Shown here one piece after another: positions 1 to 13,266 of a stretch of 64,000 nt of DNA. Position 1 is the first letter of the stretch, and each line of letters opens with the position of its first letter. The stretch lies in the NCBI GenBank assembly GCA_043228905.1, contig JBHGNT010000008.1, forward strand, positions 496,001 to 560,000. The letters run 5' to 3'. The notes under the pieces are model-generated. The model was not told where the DNA came from. It searched no databases and worked only from the letters and a program-made list of their open reading frames with translations. Made by a program: the position numbers and the translations under genes. Source of the DNA: Azolla caroliniana (Eukaryota; Plantae; Polypodiophyta).

Positions 1-1
1 G

Positions 2-3000
2 GTGAAGATCGGGGATGTTCAAGAACCGGTGGTGGCGCTGGTGGACCACGGTTCGGAAATAAACCTGATGTCCATGGACTTCTACAAGAAGGGGAAATGG
101 CCGATCAACACTAAGCACGGGTGGAAGATACGGGCGGCGACGTGCGCCACCGAGGAGCTACACGGGGCCTGCCCAAATGTGCGAGTCAACATCGGCGACA
201 TCGAGATAGACAAGCACTTCTTTGTGCAGGAAACGTCCTCGCACCCGGTCATACTAGGGGAACCGTACATTACGGCAGCGCGAATGGAGACCAAGGTGTT
301 GGACAACGGGTCGGCTTACGCGAGGGTCAAAAGTCAGGACGGGCATCATTCGGTCTAGTTCCTGACGGTGTGACCGAACCACGAGCGAAACCGCGAGTCC
401 CTCGGTGGCGAGAACCGAGAGGATTTTTAGAGAGGGCTACCAAGGCGTGGGGCCGCGACAGTCCGGACACTCTGGGAAAACCCCACAAATGTACGATAGA
501 AGCGAAACCAAAGAAACCTTGTACCATAAGTAGGAAGTTTTGTTTCTCCGACAACGGAGGGTGTACGATAGTCGGCGTTGTAGGCTGAGAAAAGACAAGG
601 GCGGAAGAGCGACTTCGGGCGTGCGGAGTTCTCGGGCCCAGCGAGGAAATCAACGGAGCCGTGGAGGCGGTCTCCTTCGACGATACCTTGGGAATACTGC
701 GAGAGGTGGTCGGAGAGGGCCTTAAAGAGGACCGGACGATACCGGTTTGTTCAGAAGAGATATATGAAGTCATCGTGGACTTCAGTCGAGGGCTCGAGTC
801 GGATCGGACGGCCCGGGTTCACACGAAGTACAAGACTGTGGACCGGAAGGTAAGGCCAGTCGCGGCACCCTTACCGGAGGGCAGCGAGTTTCGAATCAAG
901 GGGGTCGCGTCGGACCCCAGTTTACGTGATCCGGCCTGCATAGGACACACCTTCACCGATAGAACGCTACGGGAGCTCAAAATCGGTGGGGGCGGGTTCC
1001 TACTGCCGGCGGAAGAAGACCGGTTTCGGAGAATGCTCGGAAGGTACGGGAAAGGCTTCGCATTCTCACCGGAAGAAATTGGGTGCGTAGACCCGACAGT
1101 CGTAAAGCCGATGGTGATATTCACGGTACCGCATGTGCCGTGGAATCTCAAACCGATTCCGGTACCGAGAGCTCACATCCCGGAGCTGATGGAGCTGTTG
1201 AGGCAGAAAATCGATATGGGTATCCTCGAACCGTCGAGTGCCCCGTACTCAAACCGGTGGCTTACAGTACCGAAGAAGAACGGGACGTTGTGCTTCATTC
1301 AAGACCTGCAACCGGTCAACAAAGTGACCATTCGGAACGCAGGAATCCGACCGACGATAGATGAGTTCGCAGAGGCCTTCACCGGAAGGTCGATCTACTC
1401 GGTCGGAGATCTGTATTCAGGGTACGATCAGTTCCAACTAGCCGTAGAGAGCAGAGACATTACCACGATGCAGACTCCTCTCGGCCTAGTGCGAATGTGT
1501 ACCCGGCCACAAGGAGGGACCAACTCGGTGGCCCACATGGTGAATGCGATGAACAAGGTGCTGAGGGATTGTATCCCGGACATCACCATGCCATTCTTGG
1601 ACGACATCTCGATCAAAGGATCTCCGGTGGAAGAAAAGGACGAAACGATCGGACCGGACGGATGCCGGAAATTCGTGGTGACACACATTGACGACTGCGA
1701 GAGGGTGCTGCAGAGGCTAGAGGACGCGAGGCTCACCTTCTCCAGGGAAAAATCGGCCTTCGGGCAATCAGAGATCATGGTCGTCAGACATCTATGCGGA
1801 CCGTATGGCCGGAAACCGTCCCCGCCAAAGGATCTCCGGTGGAAGAAAAGGACGAAACGATCGGACCGGACGGATGCCGGAAATTCGTGGCGACACACAT
1901 TGACGACTGCGAGAGGGTGCTGCAGAGGCTAGAGGACGCGAGGCTCACCTTCTCCAGAGAAAAATCAGCCTTCGGGCAATCAGAGATCATGGTCGTCAGA
2001 CATCTATGCGGACCGTATGGCCGGAAACCATCCCCGGCAAAGGTGGAAGCCATCTCTGCAATGAAGCCCGACTGTAACTCGGTCACGGAGGTACGGAGGT
2101 TCTTGGGAGCATGTGCGTTCTACCACATATGGATCCCGCATTACGCCCACGTTGCCGAGCCGCTATACGGGTTGCTGAAAAAGGGGTGAAAATTCGAGTG
2201 GCGAGACGAGCATACGGAGTCGGTGCGAAAGATGAAGGAGGCTCTTGCTGCAGCCCCGGCACTCCGAAAGGCTGTCTACGAGAAAGGCACTCCCGTCTAC
2301 ATAACGGTAGATACGAGTCCGACCGGGATCAGATGGGTCGTCAACCAAGAAGATGAGGACGGCATTCGGTTCCCAATCCGGTTCGGCGCGAAGGTTCTCA
2401 GTGAGCGACAGCGAGGATACGCCCAGGTTAAACGTGAACTCTAGGGTATCGTTTCGGCGGTGAAAGCCGATAAAGACTATCTGATTGGGACAGAGGTGAT
2501 TATCGAGACGGACTGCCTGCCGATTCTCGGCATGGTTTCCGGATTCGCAACCCTGGACCTGGCAATGCTCAGGTGGATAGCGTACATCAAGTCCCTGGAT
2601 CCGGAAATACGACACATTTCCGGAAAAGACAATGCCATGGCCGACATGCTTTCGAGGGCGCGATTCGACGACGAGGGCGGCATGGTTTCGGAGGACGAGG
2701 AAGTCGGCGTAGACTTCTTTGAAGCGGCTTACGTAACAACCGAAAGGGGAAGCACTCCGGCGCTTAACAATTGCAACGAGAGCAAGTACGATGGGGAGTG
2801 GCTGCAGATTGGGGAATTCTGGAGGACAATGATCCCAGACGCATCGTGGACAAGGGACGAGGCCAACCGGATCCGGAAGAAAGCGTACCGATTCTTTCTC
2901 CGGGACGGATACTTGTGGAAGCACCCGAAGAAGAGGAACGGCATCCCGCTCCGAGTAGTGGCGATGAAGGAGGAACAGGAGGAATTGCTGAAGGCCTACC

Positions 3001-4180
3001 ACGACAGCCCCTGGGCTGGGCACTGTGGGACGTGGGCCACGTTCGAGAAGCTAAAGGGGACGTGCATCGGTTCGTGACAACTTGTGAGAGCTATCAGATG
3101 CACTCCATAGTCCGACATCGGGACGAGCTTCACCCTACTTACCCTCTGGCCATCCACTTCAAATGGATGGTAGATTTGGTGACGATGCCGATGGGCGTAG
3201 GGCAGATGCGATATCTGGTGCTAGCCCGGGAGGACCTAACGAACCAGGTGGAAGGCCGAGCCCTGCAGAACAAAACAACCGCGGCCGTGTGTCGATTCCT
3301 GATCGAGGACGTGATATGCCGGTACGGGTGCGTCGGGAAGATTGTGGCTGACCGTGGGGAGTTGGATGCCGAAGAGGCCGAGGAGCTGTTCGACCGGTTA
3401 GGGGTCAAGCTCTCGCTCACCGCAGCGTACAATCCGGAGGCGAACGGGAAGGTGGAGCGTGGACACAGACCGATCGTCAAAGCGCTAGTCCGGGCATGCG
3501 GAGGCCAGGTCGGGAACTGGCCATGGCTGTTACCTTATGCCTAGTGGGCGGACAGGACAACACACAGTTCGGTAACAGGGTTCATGCCGTCAGAGCTCAT
3601 GTTCGGACAGAAGCCGATCATGCCGATGGAACGGACGATCTCCTCTTGGGCGACAGTGGACTGGAGAGACGAGATGAGCCGGGAAGAACTGCTAGCGGCG
3701 CGTATACGGCAACTCGAGTGGAGGCCAGAGGATGTGGAACGAGCGGTGGAGAGACTTCGGACGACGAGGATGAAGAACAAAGCCCAGTTCGACCGAACGC
3801 ACCAACTCCGGCCTAAGAAAATCGAGGAAGGCGACTGGGTGCTAGTCTACGACAGTAGCCTCGACAACCAGCACCGAGCAACACGGAAGTTTGCGAAGCG
3901 GTGGTTCGGGCCTTACGTGGTAACGAGCGCCAACGACAACGAGACGTATCACCTGGCGGAACTCGACGGTACGAGGATGGCGATGCCGGTAGCGGGGAAG
4001 CGGATCAAAGCGTTCAAGAAACGCCACGACGACGAACCGGATCTAAGAGGCCTGGACAACGAAGACGAACAGTCCGAAACGATGGATGAAGAAACGGAAC
4101 CCAGACCGGTTTTCTCCAACCAGAACCCCATTTTGGCGCATACCGGTGGATGTGCGGTTAGGTGGGGGCAGATGGTGTGA
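2..4180 (+). pseudogene. G1 protease and pol (RT-RNaseH-IN) with stops and frameshifts
   Basis: ORFs 2-358, 661-1932, 1794-2189, 2223-2444, 2460-3077, 2771-3544 and 3584-4180 give consecutive pol motifs. Confidence 0.92.
1614..2043 (+). repeat. 212-bp tandem duplication inside G1 RT (frameshifting)
   Basis: CAAAGGATCTCCGG starts at 1614 and 1826; CAAAGG recurs at 2038. Confidence 0.95.
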
Positions 4181-4820
4181 AGTAAACCGTCCCTTGGCGC
4201 AATCGGTGAATAGCGCACATGAACCGGCCCTTCACGTGTGCGCGCTCTTAATGTATATAATAGAGAATTAGGTACATAGAGAGATCCTGGGTAGTTAGAT
4301 TCGGTAGGTAGGAAGTAAATGAGGGAGACGGCTCCCTTCTTGATGCTATAAAGGAGAGGGAGACGCAGTGAGAAGGGATCGCGCATTGAGGAGGATGAAG
4401 TGCTGTCGGACCGTAACCAAATGCTTCTCCTCTGTCTGTTCTCTATCGCTCTTCTCTGCAGGTTTCGGGAGGCTCGCGCTACTTCGAGGAACGCCCGTGT
4501 GCTTCCGGCAGCACCTCCATCCTATCCCCTTTACGTGCGCAGACGAATAGGCATCGACATCTGTTCGCCGGCCTGTTCGGTCGTAACCGCTCGCGTGCTC
4601 TGTTGTGTACTTTTTATTCGTTAATATACAAACACTTGTGTCTCCCTGTCTCTGTGTCCATTCACGTCTTCTGTGTTGACAGGCCGTGCCCCTGTGTTTC
4701 TTTGCTCATACGTGACCGGGCGTCTCTCTCTTTCTCTTTCCCCTTCTATCACCTACTCTTCGGTTCAAGACCCTGGTGGTCCCGCCTCGTTTCTCCACGC
4801 ACGCGCGTAGCAACGCAACA
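4173..4820 (+). repeat. 3' LTR of G1
   Basis: Follows the PPT; starts TGGTGTGAAG (cf. TGTCGTGAAG in G2) and ends GCAACA. TATAAA near 4347; U5 motif caagaccc..ggtcccgcct shared with G2. Confidence 0.85.
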
Positions 4821-5416
4821 GCGGAACAGCGGGTCCAGGAGGTCACCGGATGGGACGATCCGGTCGAAGAGAAAACGGGCTTCGTAGAAGCCGCTTGCCA
4901 GAACTACGAGGTTCTGGTGGAAGACAAACGGGCAGGGAAGGCTGGAGGGGTCGGTCCCCCGCAGAGGTAAGAAACCCGGTTCGGACCGAATTGGACCGGT
5001 GCCGGCCACCCAGGCGCGCCGGATGGAAAGAAGCAGGCGGGGTTTCGGTTGAGCACCGAAATCGAGAGAGCAACGGACCTACGGAAAGTCCTTGAAGAGC
5101 GGATCCTCGACCGTAAAGTGGAGCTATCGTTGCGGGAGGTGCTGGGAATCGCCAAGAGGGAATTCCATGACTCCATTGTAAACTTGGTGAAGCGGAAGAG
5201 GCTCTCGACGGAGCCGGAACCGGAGAAACTAGTGGAGGTGCGGATTACGTACTTAGAAGACATGGCCCAAGAAGACGACTTGGCGGAAAGCCACTACGCG
5301 AAGCCGCATTGGGCCAGGGCAACGACGGAAACCCCTGTGCGGATCGGCGACGTTCCTGAATCGGTGGTGGCCTTGGTAGACCATGGATCCGAAATCAACC
5401 TGATGTCCATGGATTT

Positions 5417-6103
5417 TGACAGGAATTACACGCTCCTATGAACACCGCTCGGCCGCAACCGAGTCTAAGATCAAACACAGAAAACGGGAATGAATACACA
5501 CGACACAAAGGATGTTTAACGTGGAAAACCCTGAGAGGGAAAAACCACGGTAGTCCACAGACTCCAAACTATCACTATATCACAATGGTTACAACAGTGA
5601 GTTCACGGAGGCGACGACCTCGTGCTCACGATCTTCGCCACAGGCGGCGGTTACAACAGAGGCAATGACCTCTTTCTCTTTCTCTCTCTCTCTGTACACT
5701 ATTACGCGTTCTAATCTTGCGCCAACAAGAATGACAACAACTACAGTCTAAGTTTGCCCTAAGTCATATTTATACTAATATGACTTTTTCGTCTATTTAC
5801 AAATATAGCCCCAAAGGTCTCTCAGAAACATATTTACGAATATGTCCCTTCATCCGGTGAGCACTCCTCACCGGGCCTGCATCATCTGGATCTTGCGGGG
5901 TACTCGTCATCCGGTTCTCACCGGGTCATCCGTAGCCGGGTACTCCTTATCCGGTTCTTATCAGGTCTTCATCATCCGGTTCTCACCGGATCATCCGTAA
6001 CTGGGTACTCCTCATCCGGTTCTCACCGGGTCTTCCGTAGCCGGGTACTCCTCATCAGCACTGTTCTTCTCACTTCCCATCCGGAGGGACCTATCTCCCA
6101 ACA
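5417..6103 (-). mobile_element. Solo LTR (Copia-type), inverted, inserted in the G2 protease
   Basis: TG..CA ends with 5-bp TSD GATTT at 5412-5416 and 6104-6108; removing it restores MDFYKKG. The minus strand has the gggttttccacgttaaa motif common in plant Copia LTRs. Internal tandem repeats at ~5850-6060. Confidence 0.88.
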
Positions 6104-8793
6104 GATTTCTACAAGAAGGGTAAATGGCGGATCAACACCAAGCATGGGTGGAAGATACGCGCTACGGAGGAGCTGCATGGTGCGTGCCCAATGTACGCGT
6201 AAAGATTGGTGACGTCGAGAGAGATCAACATTTCTTCGTGCAGGAAACATCCTCGCACCTGGTGATTCTCGGCGAACCGTACATTACGGCAGCACGCATG
6301 GAGACGAAGGTGCTGGACAACGGTTCAGCGTACACGCGTGTCAAGAGCCAAGATGGTCGACATTCCGTCCAATTCATGACCGTACGTCCGAACCATGAGA
6401 GGAATCGCAAGACCCTCGGCGGCGACAACCGAGGGGATTTTTAGAGAGGGCTATCAAGGCGTGGGGCCGCGGTAGTCCGGACATACTGGAAGAACCACAC
6501 ACATGTACAGCAGAGGCTCGAGATCGCACGACTCACCTTCTCCGGAGAAAAATCGGTGTTCGGGCAGTCGGAGATCCTGGTGGTCGGACACCTGTGTGGG
6601 CCTTACGGTAGGAAACCATCTCTGGCAAAGGTAGAGGCCATCTCTGCGATGAGGAACGATTGTGGGTCGGTTACGGAGGTTCGCAGATTCTTGGGTGCAT
6701 GCACGTTCTACCACATCTGGATCCCGCACTATGCACATGTCGCGAAACCCCTCTACGGACTACTGAAAAGGGGGCGTAGCTTTGAGTGGAGGACAGAGCA
6801 TACGGAGTCGGTCCGGAGACTAAAGGAGGGGCTTACGGTAGTGCTGGCTCTTTGTAAAGCGGTTTACGGTAAGGGAGTCCCCATCTACATGACGGTGGAC
6901 ACGAGCCCGACTGGGATCGGGTGGGTGATCAACTAGGAGGACAAGGACGGCGTACGGTTCCCGATCCGGTTTGGAGCAAAGGTATTGAGCGAGCGGCAGT
7001 GAGGATACACCCAAGTCAAGCGCAAACTATGGGGTATCGTTTCGACAGTCAAGACCGACATGGACTATCTGATCGGGACGGAGGTGATCATCGAGACGGA
7101 CTGCTTGCCGATACTCGGCATGGTTTCCGGATGCGTGACGCCGGACCTAGCAATGCTCCGGTGGATAGCGTACATTAAGTCCCTGAACCCGGAGATATGT
7201 GCACATCTCCGGAAAAGATAACGCCATGGCCGACATGCTTTCGAGAGCGAGGTTCAACAACGAAGACGACATGGTTTCGGATGACGAAGAAGTCGGCGAG
7301 GACTTCTTCGGGTCGGCTAACGTAACGACGAGAAAAGGGGACACTCCGACGCTTAATGAATTTGACGAAAGTAGGTACGACGGGGAGTGGCTCCAAATCG
7401 GGAGGTTCCTACGAGCGATGACGCTGGACGCAGCGTGGACGAGAGAAGAGGCAAGCCGGGTACGAAAGAAGGCGTACCGAATCTTCCTACGGGACGGGTG
7501 CATATGGAGGCACCCAAAGAAAAGAAACGGCATCCCGCTCCGAGTAGTGGGAAAGAAAGAAGAGCAGGAAGAATTATTGGCGGCATTTGACGAGAGTCCC
7601 TTGGCCGGGCACCGCAGAACGTGGGCCACATTCGAGAAGCTGAAGGAGAAGTACTGGTGGCCGGGTTGTACCGGGATGTGCATCAGTTCGTAACGACTTG
7701 CGAAAGCTGTCAGATGCACTCCGTAGTCCGACATCGGGACGAGCTACACCCGACCTACCCACCCACCTACGGTCCATTTCAAGTGGATGGTAGACTTGGT
7801 GACGATGCTAATGGGAGTAGGACAAATGCGATACCTGGTGCTTGCACGAGAAGATTTCATGAACCAGGTGGAAGGCCGTGCACTGCAGAACCAGACAACC
7901 GTGGCAGTATGCCGGTTCCTGATCGAAGAGGTAGTGTGTCGGTACGGGTGCGTCAAGAAGAACGTGGCGGACCAGGGAGAGCTGGATGCGCCGGAAGCTG
8001 AGGAATTGTTCGACCGGTTAGGTGTCAAACTCTCCCTCACTACGGCGTACAATCCGGAGGCGAACGGGAAGGTAGAACGTGGGCACGGGCCGATCGTGAA
8101 GGCATTGGTGCGTGCATGTGGAGGGCAGGTCGGGAATTGGCCGCGGCTCCTTACGCACTATGGGCAGACCAAACTACGCACAGTTCGGTGACAGGGTTTA
8201 TGCCGGCAGAGCTGATGTATGGATAAAAGCCGATCATGCCGGTGGAACAAACGGTTTCTTCGTGGGCGGCGGTAGATTGGAAGGACGAGATGAGCTGGGA
8301 GGAGTTGTTGGCAGCGCGGATTCGGCAACTCGAACGGAGACCGGAGGACATGAAACGGGCGAAGGAAAAGCTGCGGGTGGCAAGGGAGTGGAACAAGGCC
8401 CGGTTCAACTGGATGCACCAGTTGCGACCAAGGAAGGTCGAGGAAGGTGACTGGGTCTTGGCATACGACAACAGTCTCGACAATCAGCACAAGGCGGTGC
8501 AAAAGTTCGCGAGGAGATGGTTCGGGCCCTACACGGTGATGAGCGCGAACGACAACAACACGTACCACCTCACGGAACTCGACGGGACATGGTTAGAGAT
8601 ACCGGTCGCCGGGAAGCGGATCAAAGCGTTCAAGAAGCGGTTCGAAGACGAGCCGGAGCTGGCGAGCGAGAGCGATGACGGCAATTGGTTCGGGCACGGC
8701 GAAGAATCGAAGAGCGACAAGTGAAGCTGGTTTTCTTCGGTATCTACCCGTCTCTAGCGCATGCCGGTGGATGCGTGGTTTGGTGGGGGTGGA

Positions 8794-9492
8794 TGTCGTG
8801 AAGAAAACCGGCCATAGGCGGAATCGGAGAAATAGGCGCATGAACCGGCTCTCACATAGGTGGACGCGAGAATTGATATTGTGGACATAATTCATAATTA
8901 GGTCAGCTGATGTAAATACTAGGTAGTACATATTTATTAGAGGATTGGTGCGTATCTTTGTCGAAAGGGACAGGGAATAAAGCGATTTGACTAGGGAAGA
9001 ACGGTCCCCTCCCCTTTGCGAACTATTTAAGGAGGGAGAGAAGGAAGAAAGGGGATCGCGTGTTGGCGAGGACGAAGTGCTGCTGCAGAACCGAGGGCCG
9101 AGCTCTCTCTCTCTCCTCCGATCGTCGTTCTCTGTGGGTGTCGGGAGTTCACTGCCTCTGCTTCGTGGACAACCCGTGTGCTTCCAGCGGAGGCTCTCCC
9201 TTTCTCTCTCCCCCCCCCTTCCCCTTTTGTTTCTTCGAGTCGTGTGGCTGTCGTCTGTGTGTGTGAGTAGGACCCCGTGTTGGGTCCATTACCGGGTTGC
9301 CGCTTGTAACTGTTCGAGTTGTAAGCTATTGATTATAGTAATCAGATTCCTGTTTTCTTGCTCTTAATTTCTTGCTGTGTATCTGCAACGCTCTCTGTCT
9401 CTCTGTCTCTGTCTGTCTGTCTGTCTCTCTCCTTGGTCCAAGACCCTCGTGGTCCCGCCTCTTCCTACACGCGAACGCGAAACTTCGCGACA
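8794..9492 (+). repeat. 3' LTR of G2
   Basis: Follows the ggtgggggtgga PPT; near-inverted termini TGTCGTG/CGCGACA. Confidence 0.9.
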
Positions 9493-10672
9493 CCGTGATC
9501 ATGCACCTCAATTCGTCTCTAAATTTTGGAAGCATCTCTTTAAAATGCTCAAGGTCACTTGCAATCTCTTTTCCGGTTATCATCCCCAAACCGATGGACA
9601 AGTTGAACGTACCAATCAAACGCTACAATAGTATCTTCGGTGTTTCCTAAGCTATCAACAAGATTATTGGGCAGATATTCTATACTTTGCTGAATTTGCT
9701 TATAATAATTCTATCCACTCCTCTACTAGAGTTACACCATTCTACGCTTATATCGGCTATCATCCTCGCTGGTGTGTGCTAGAAACTCCTGAGTTACCCA
9801 CAAATCCTAGTGCAAAGGATCATTTGGAGCGGCTATGACGAATTCAGGCAGAACTATCTATCCATCTACATCGCGCCCCACAAACACAGGACTATGCGGA
9901 GCGTCATTGGCTTCCATCCTCTTTTTATATTGGAGATTGAGTATAGCTATTACGATGACACATCAAGACTACTCGACTATGTGACACATTGGATTAATGG
10001 TTTGGTCCTTTCCGTATTAACGAAAAAATTAATGATGTCACTTTTCGCCTTGATCTACCTCCACAACTACGGATACATTAGGTATTTCATAGTTCTCTTC
10101 TAGAACCCTATCAAGACAACATTACACCACCTCCACCCCTGATCAAACTTGAAGATGGACCCAAGTACGAGGTTGTTGTCATCCTTGATTCCAAGATGGT
10201 TCGCAACAAGCTCTATTATTTAGTCAATTGGCTAGGATATAGTCCAAGCGATTGTACTTGGGAACCAATGACGAATTTGGCGAATGCTCAAGCTCTTCTT
10301 GAAGACTTCCATCGTCAATATCCAGACAAACCAGGTCCTCAATCAAAGACGACTCGTAACACTCATTGTTTAAAGGGGGGGATAGTGTCATGATATGGCT
10401 CCAAAAAGATTTAAACCCATGACCTTCTGGTACAAAGGGTTTAACATTTACCATTAAACCATGCATTGTAATACAAAAGATATAACGATAAGAAATTCAT
10501 GTATATTCCAGATTTCTCTGGAACATTCTAGAAACTTTAGGAGTACTCTTGATAGTACTATAAATAGAGGCACATGGCATTATTAACAACCAATTCGGTT
10601 CAACACCAGTCTTAAGCCTCCTAGTTGTTCTTGTATCTTTCTTTATATAATATAATATACTTCCTGTTGTCA

Positions 10673-10710
<38 letters not shown>

Positions 10711-10814
10711 TCTTTTGAGATTCTCACACACTTGTTCCCTCCTTAGTACTTCTCCTCATTCTTGTCTTGTATCTTTAGTACTGATTCTCCTTGCCTCTAG
10801 TACTCTACCTGACA
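9493..10814 (+). mobile_element. Chromodomain Gypsy (Tcn1-like) element 'T1': integrase C-terminus, chromodomain and 3' LTR
   Basis: PQFVSKFWK..GYHPQTDGQVER; chromodomain YYLVNWLGYSPSDCTWEP; PPT aagggggggatag; LTR 10386-10814 is TGTCATG..CCTGACA. Confidence 0.9.
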
Positions 10815-13266
10815 GGTGCCTATTCTCTTGGTAAAAAAGAAAGAGGGCACATGACATATGTGTATTAATTACCGACGCTTGAATAAAGTGATGATCAAGA
10901 ATTCATATCCATTGCCCTGGGCTGATGATTTGATTGACCGTCTCCAAGGAGCACGATATTTTACGAAACTTGATATTTGTACAGGCTACTATCAAATTTG
11001 TATAAGTGAGGAAGATGTTCCTAAAATGGCATTTCGTATGTGTTATGGCCATTATGAGTTTTTGGTCATGTCTTTCGGTTTGACCAATGCTCCGACCACA
11101 TTTCAACAAGAAATGAATGACATTTTCCAAGAACAACTTGGAAAATTTGTTGTTATTTTCTTGGATGATATTCTATTCTATATCCGTACATTAGAAGAAC
11201 ATGTTAAACATGTCCGCTTTGTTTTACAAACATAGTGCGACAAGCAATTCTACGCGAAGATCTCAAAATGTGACTTCTTCAAAAAACCAATTACTTATCT
11301 CAGACATCTCATAAAGGAGTTGAAATTGACCCTTCTCGCATCGAGAAAGTTAAACTTTGGCCCACTCTTCGGAATATTCAAGAAGTTTAATCATTCTTGG
11401 TTTTGTCAGGTTTTTGCAAACATCTCTATGCAATTATTCCCAATGATGACATCGTTTACTGGTATTTTAAAAGGTCAAACGCATAAGTCTACAAAACCTA
11501 TTGTATGGAAAGCTACACTAGACCTCACCTTTAAGGAACTCAAAGACATGGTGTGCAAGGCTCAGTAACTCCTTTTACTAAATCCTTCAAAACCTTTTTA
11601 GGTTGAAACCGATGCAAGTGATTATGCTATATGTGTTGTCTTATATCAAGATGGTAAACCAATAGGTGTCGGTATACCGTTCAAGAAAAGGAATTATTTG
11701 CAGTTATTCATGCGCTAAAGTCATGGCACCATTATCTTTATCGAAATCGTCTTGTGGTAACTATGAATCACGAGTCCTTGAAATATATTTATGACTAACA
11801 AGACCTTAAGGGTCGTAAAGCCTGGTTCCATGAACATTGTCGTTGATGCACTTAGTCGCATCCGTCAAGTTAACATGCTTAGCTTCACTAAAATAACATC
11901 AGATCTTTATGATCACATTTGAGGAAAGTATCCCGATGACAGTTATTCTACAAGATACTAAACAAGAGTTGAGTTTGGAACAAACATCACCACAACCTCG
12001 AAGGAATCCTTCCACATTGCTAACGGTCTTCTCTATCGTAATGGGAAGGTTTGTGTTCCAGATTTTTCTGAGGTCAAAAAGAGATTTTTTTTTAATGCCA
12101 TGATGTGCGCTCAATAGGGCACCCTAGAATACATCGCACACACATTCTACTGTCATGATATGGCAAGAATCGAACCCATAACCTTATGTTATATAGGTCG
12201 AGCTCTTGACCATTACATTATCTATTGTAATATGTAGGATATTATTTTCATTTAAGTTTTACTATAGAAAATTATTGTATATTCCAGATTTCTCTGAAAC
12301 ATTCTAGAAGCTTCAGGACTATTCCTGAGAACACTATAAAAAGAGGCACAGGGCATTATTTCGAACCAAATTGGTTCAACGCCAGTCTTAAGCCTCATAG
12401 CTATTTTGTACTTACTCTTCACATAATATATCGTCTGTTATCATCATTCTCTCTCTCTCTCTCTCTCTCGTGAGTCTTACGCAATCCGTCCTCTTAGTAC
12501 TAATAGTACATCCCTTCTATAGAACTAATTCTCTCTTTGTTTTAGTACTTACTATTCTTGTTAGTTTGAACCAAATTTCTCCCTTTGGTCTTCTTTTCAG
12601 TTTCCCTCATCCTCTTACCCATTTTTTTCCAATACTATGGCTACTATTAGTGCCTAGGAATATCAATCCGTTTTTTCCAAGCTACAGTGTCTAAAAGAAA
12701 AATTTGTTGCATTGGAACAAGAATACCAACAATTGTTAGGGGATCTTCAATAAATTTCTTTCAAAAAATAGCAAATGCAACAACAACATGGGGAGTTAGA
12801 GTTATGCTGTCGTAAAGATTCACGGACATAGTGAGAAAACCGAAGAAGTTAGTGGCATTGGCAAAGTGCATCATTGGAACACTCCACCGTCTTTGGGGCG
12901 TGACCAACGGTGGACGCCGCGGTCCCGACGGACCACTTGAGTTGCCTTCGCCGGTTCCCATTCTTAACTTGTATTAGGCTATTGATATGTAATAGCCACC
13001 GGATTCGGGGCATGTAACTGTCTTGTTGTAAAGCTCTTGTAATATATATTCATGTTAGCGTATATCTATCTTCCTTGTAACATATTTGAGTCGGGTCCAT
13101 ATTCGCAGCGAACCATTTTTGTGAACCCTACATTCGTTGGAGTTGGAAGCCGATTCTGGACCGAAGCCCACAAAGCTTAAGGACTCCACCATCCGTCTCC
13201 CTAGTCCAAGACTCTTGCGGTCCCGCCTAAGATCCTACACGTACCCACAGAAAACCACGACATCTT

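Larger units (their letters stand above)
1..4820 (+). mobile_element. Ty3/Gypsy LTR retrotransposon 'G1' (5' part outside the window), decayed; nested in the gag of element G2
   Basis: Protease (ALVDHGSEINL), RT (DLYSGYDQF, PQGGTNSV, PFLDD), RNase H (VDTSPTG, ETDC) and integrase (VDL, ADRGE, NGKVER, FGPY) in order. G-rich PPT at 4161-4172; 3' LTR 4173-4820 ends CGCAACA. Confidence 0.93.
4821..9492 (+). mobile_element. Ty3/Gypsy element 'G2', same lineage as G1; 5' part lies left of the G1 insertion; RT core deleted
   Basis: Gag end and protease (TDLRKVLEE, SHYAKPHWARATTET, DHGSEINL). Near 6508 the sequence jumps from the post-protease linker to the RT C-terminus. RNase H and IN run to 8724; 3' LTR 8794-9492 is TGTCGTG..CGCGACA. 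Confidence 0.92.

Noticed and set aside
4080-4172. env-like extra ORF in the Trp-lineage elements
   Set aside because: Integrase ends within ~100 nt of the PPT in G1, G2 and G3, leaving no room for one.
5850-6060. Regular repeats superficially like a CRISPR array
   Set aside because: No unique spacers or cas genes; a tandem array inside a eukaryotic LTR.
10396-10468. Genuine tRNA-Thr gene on the minus strand
   Set aside because: The acceptor stem does not pair and the T-loop is mutated; kept only as a tRNA-like LTR module.
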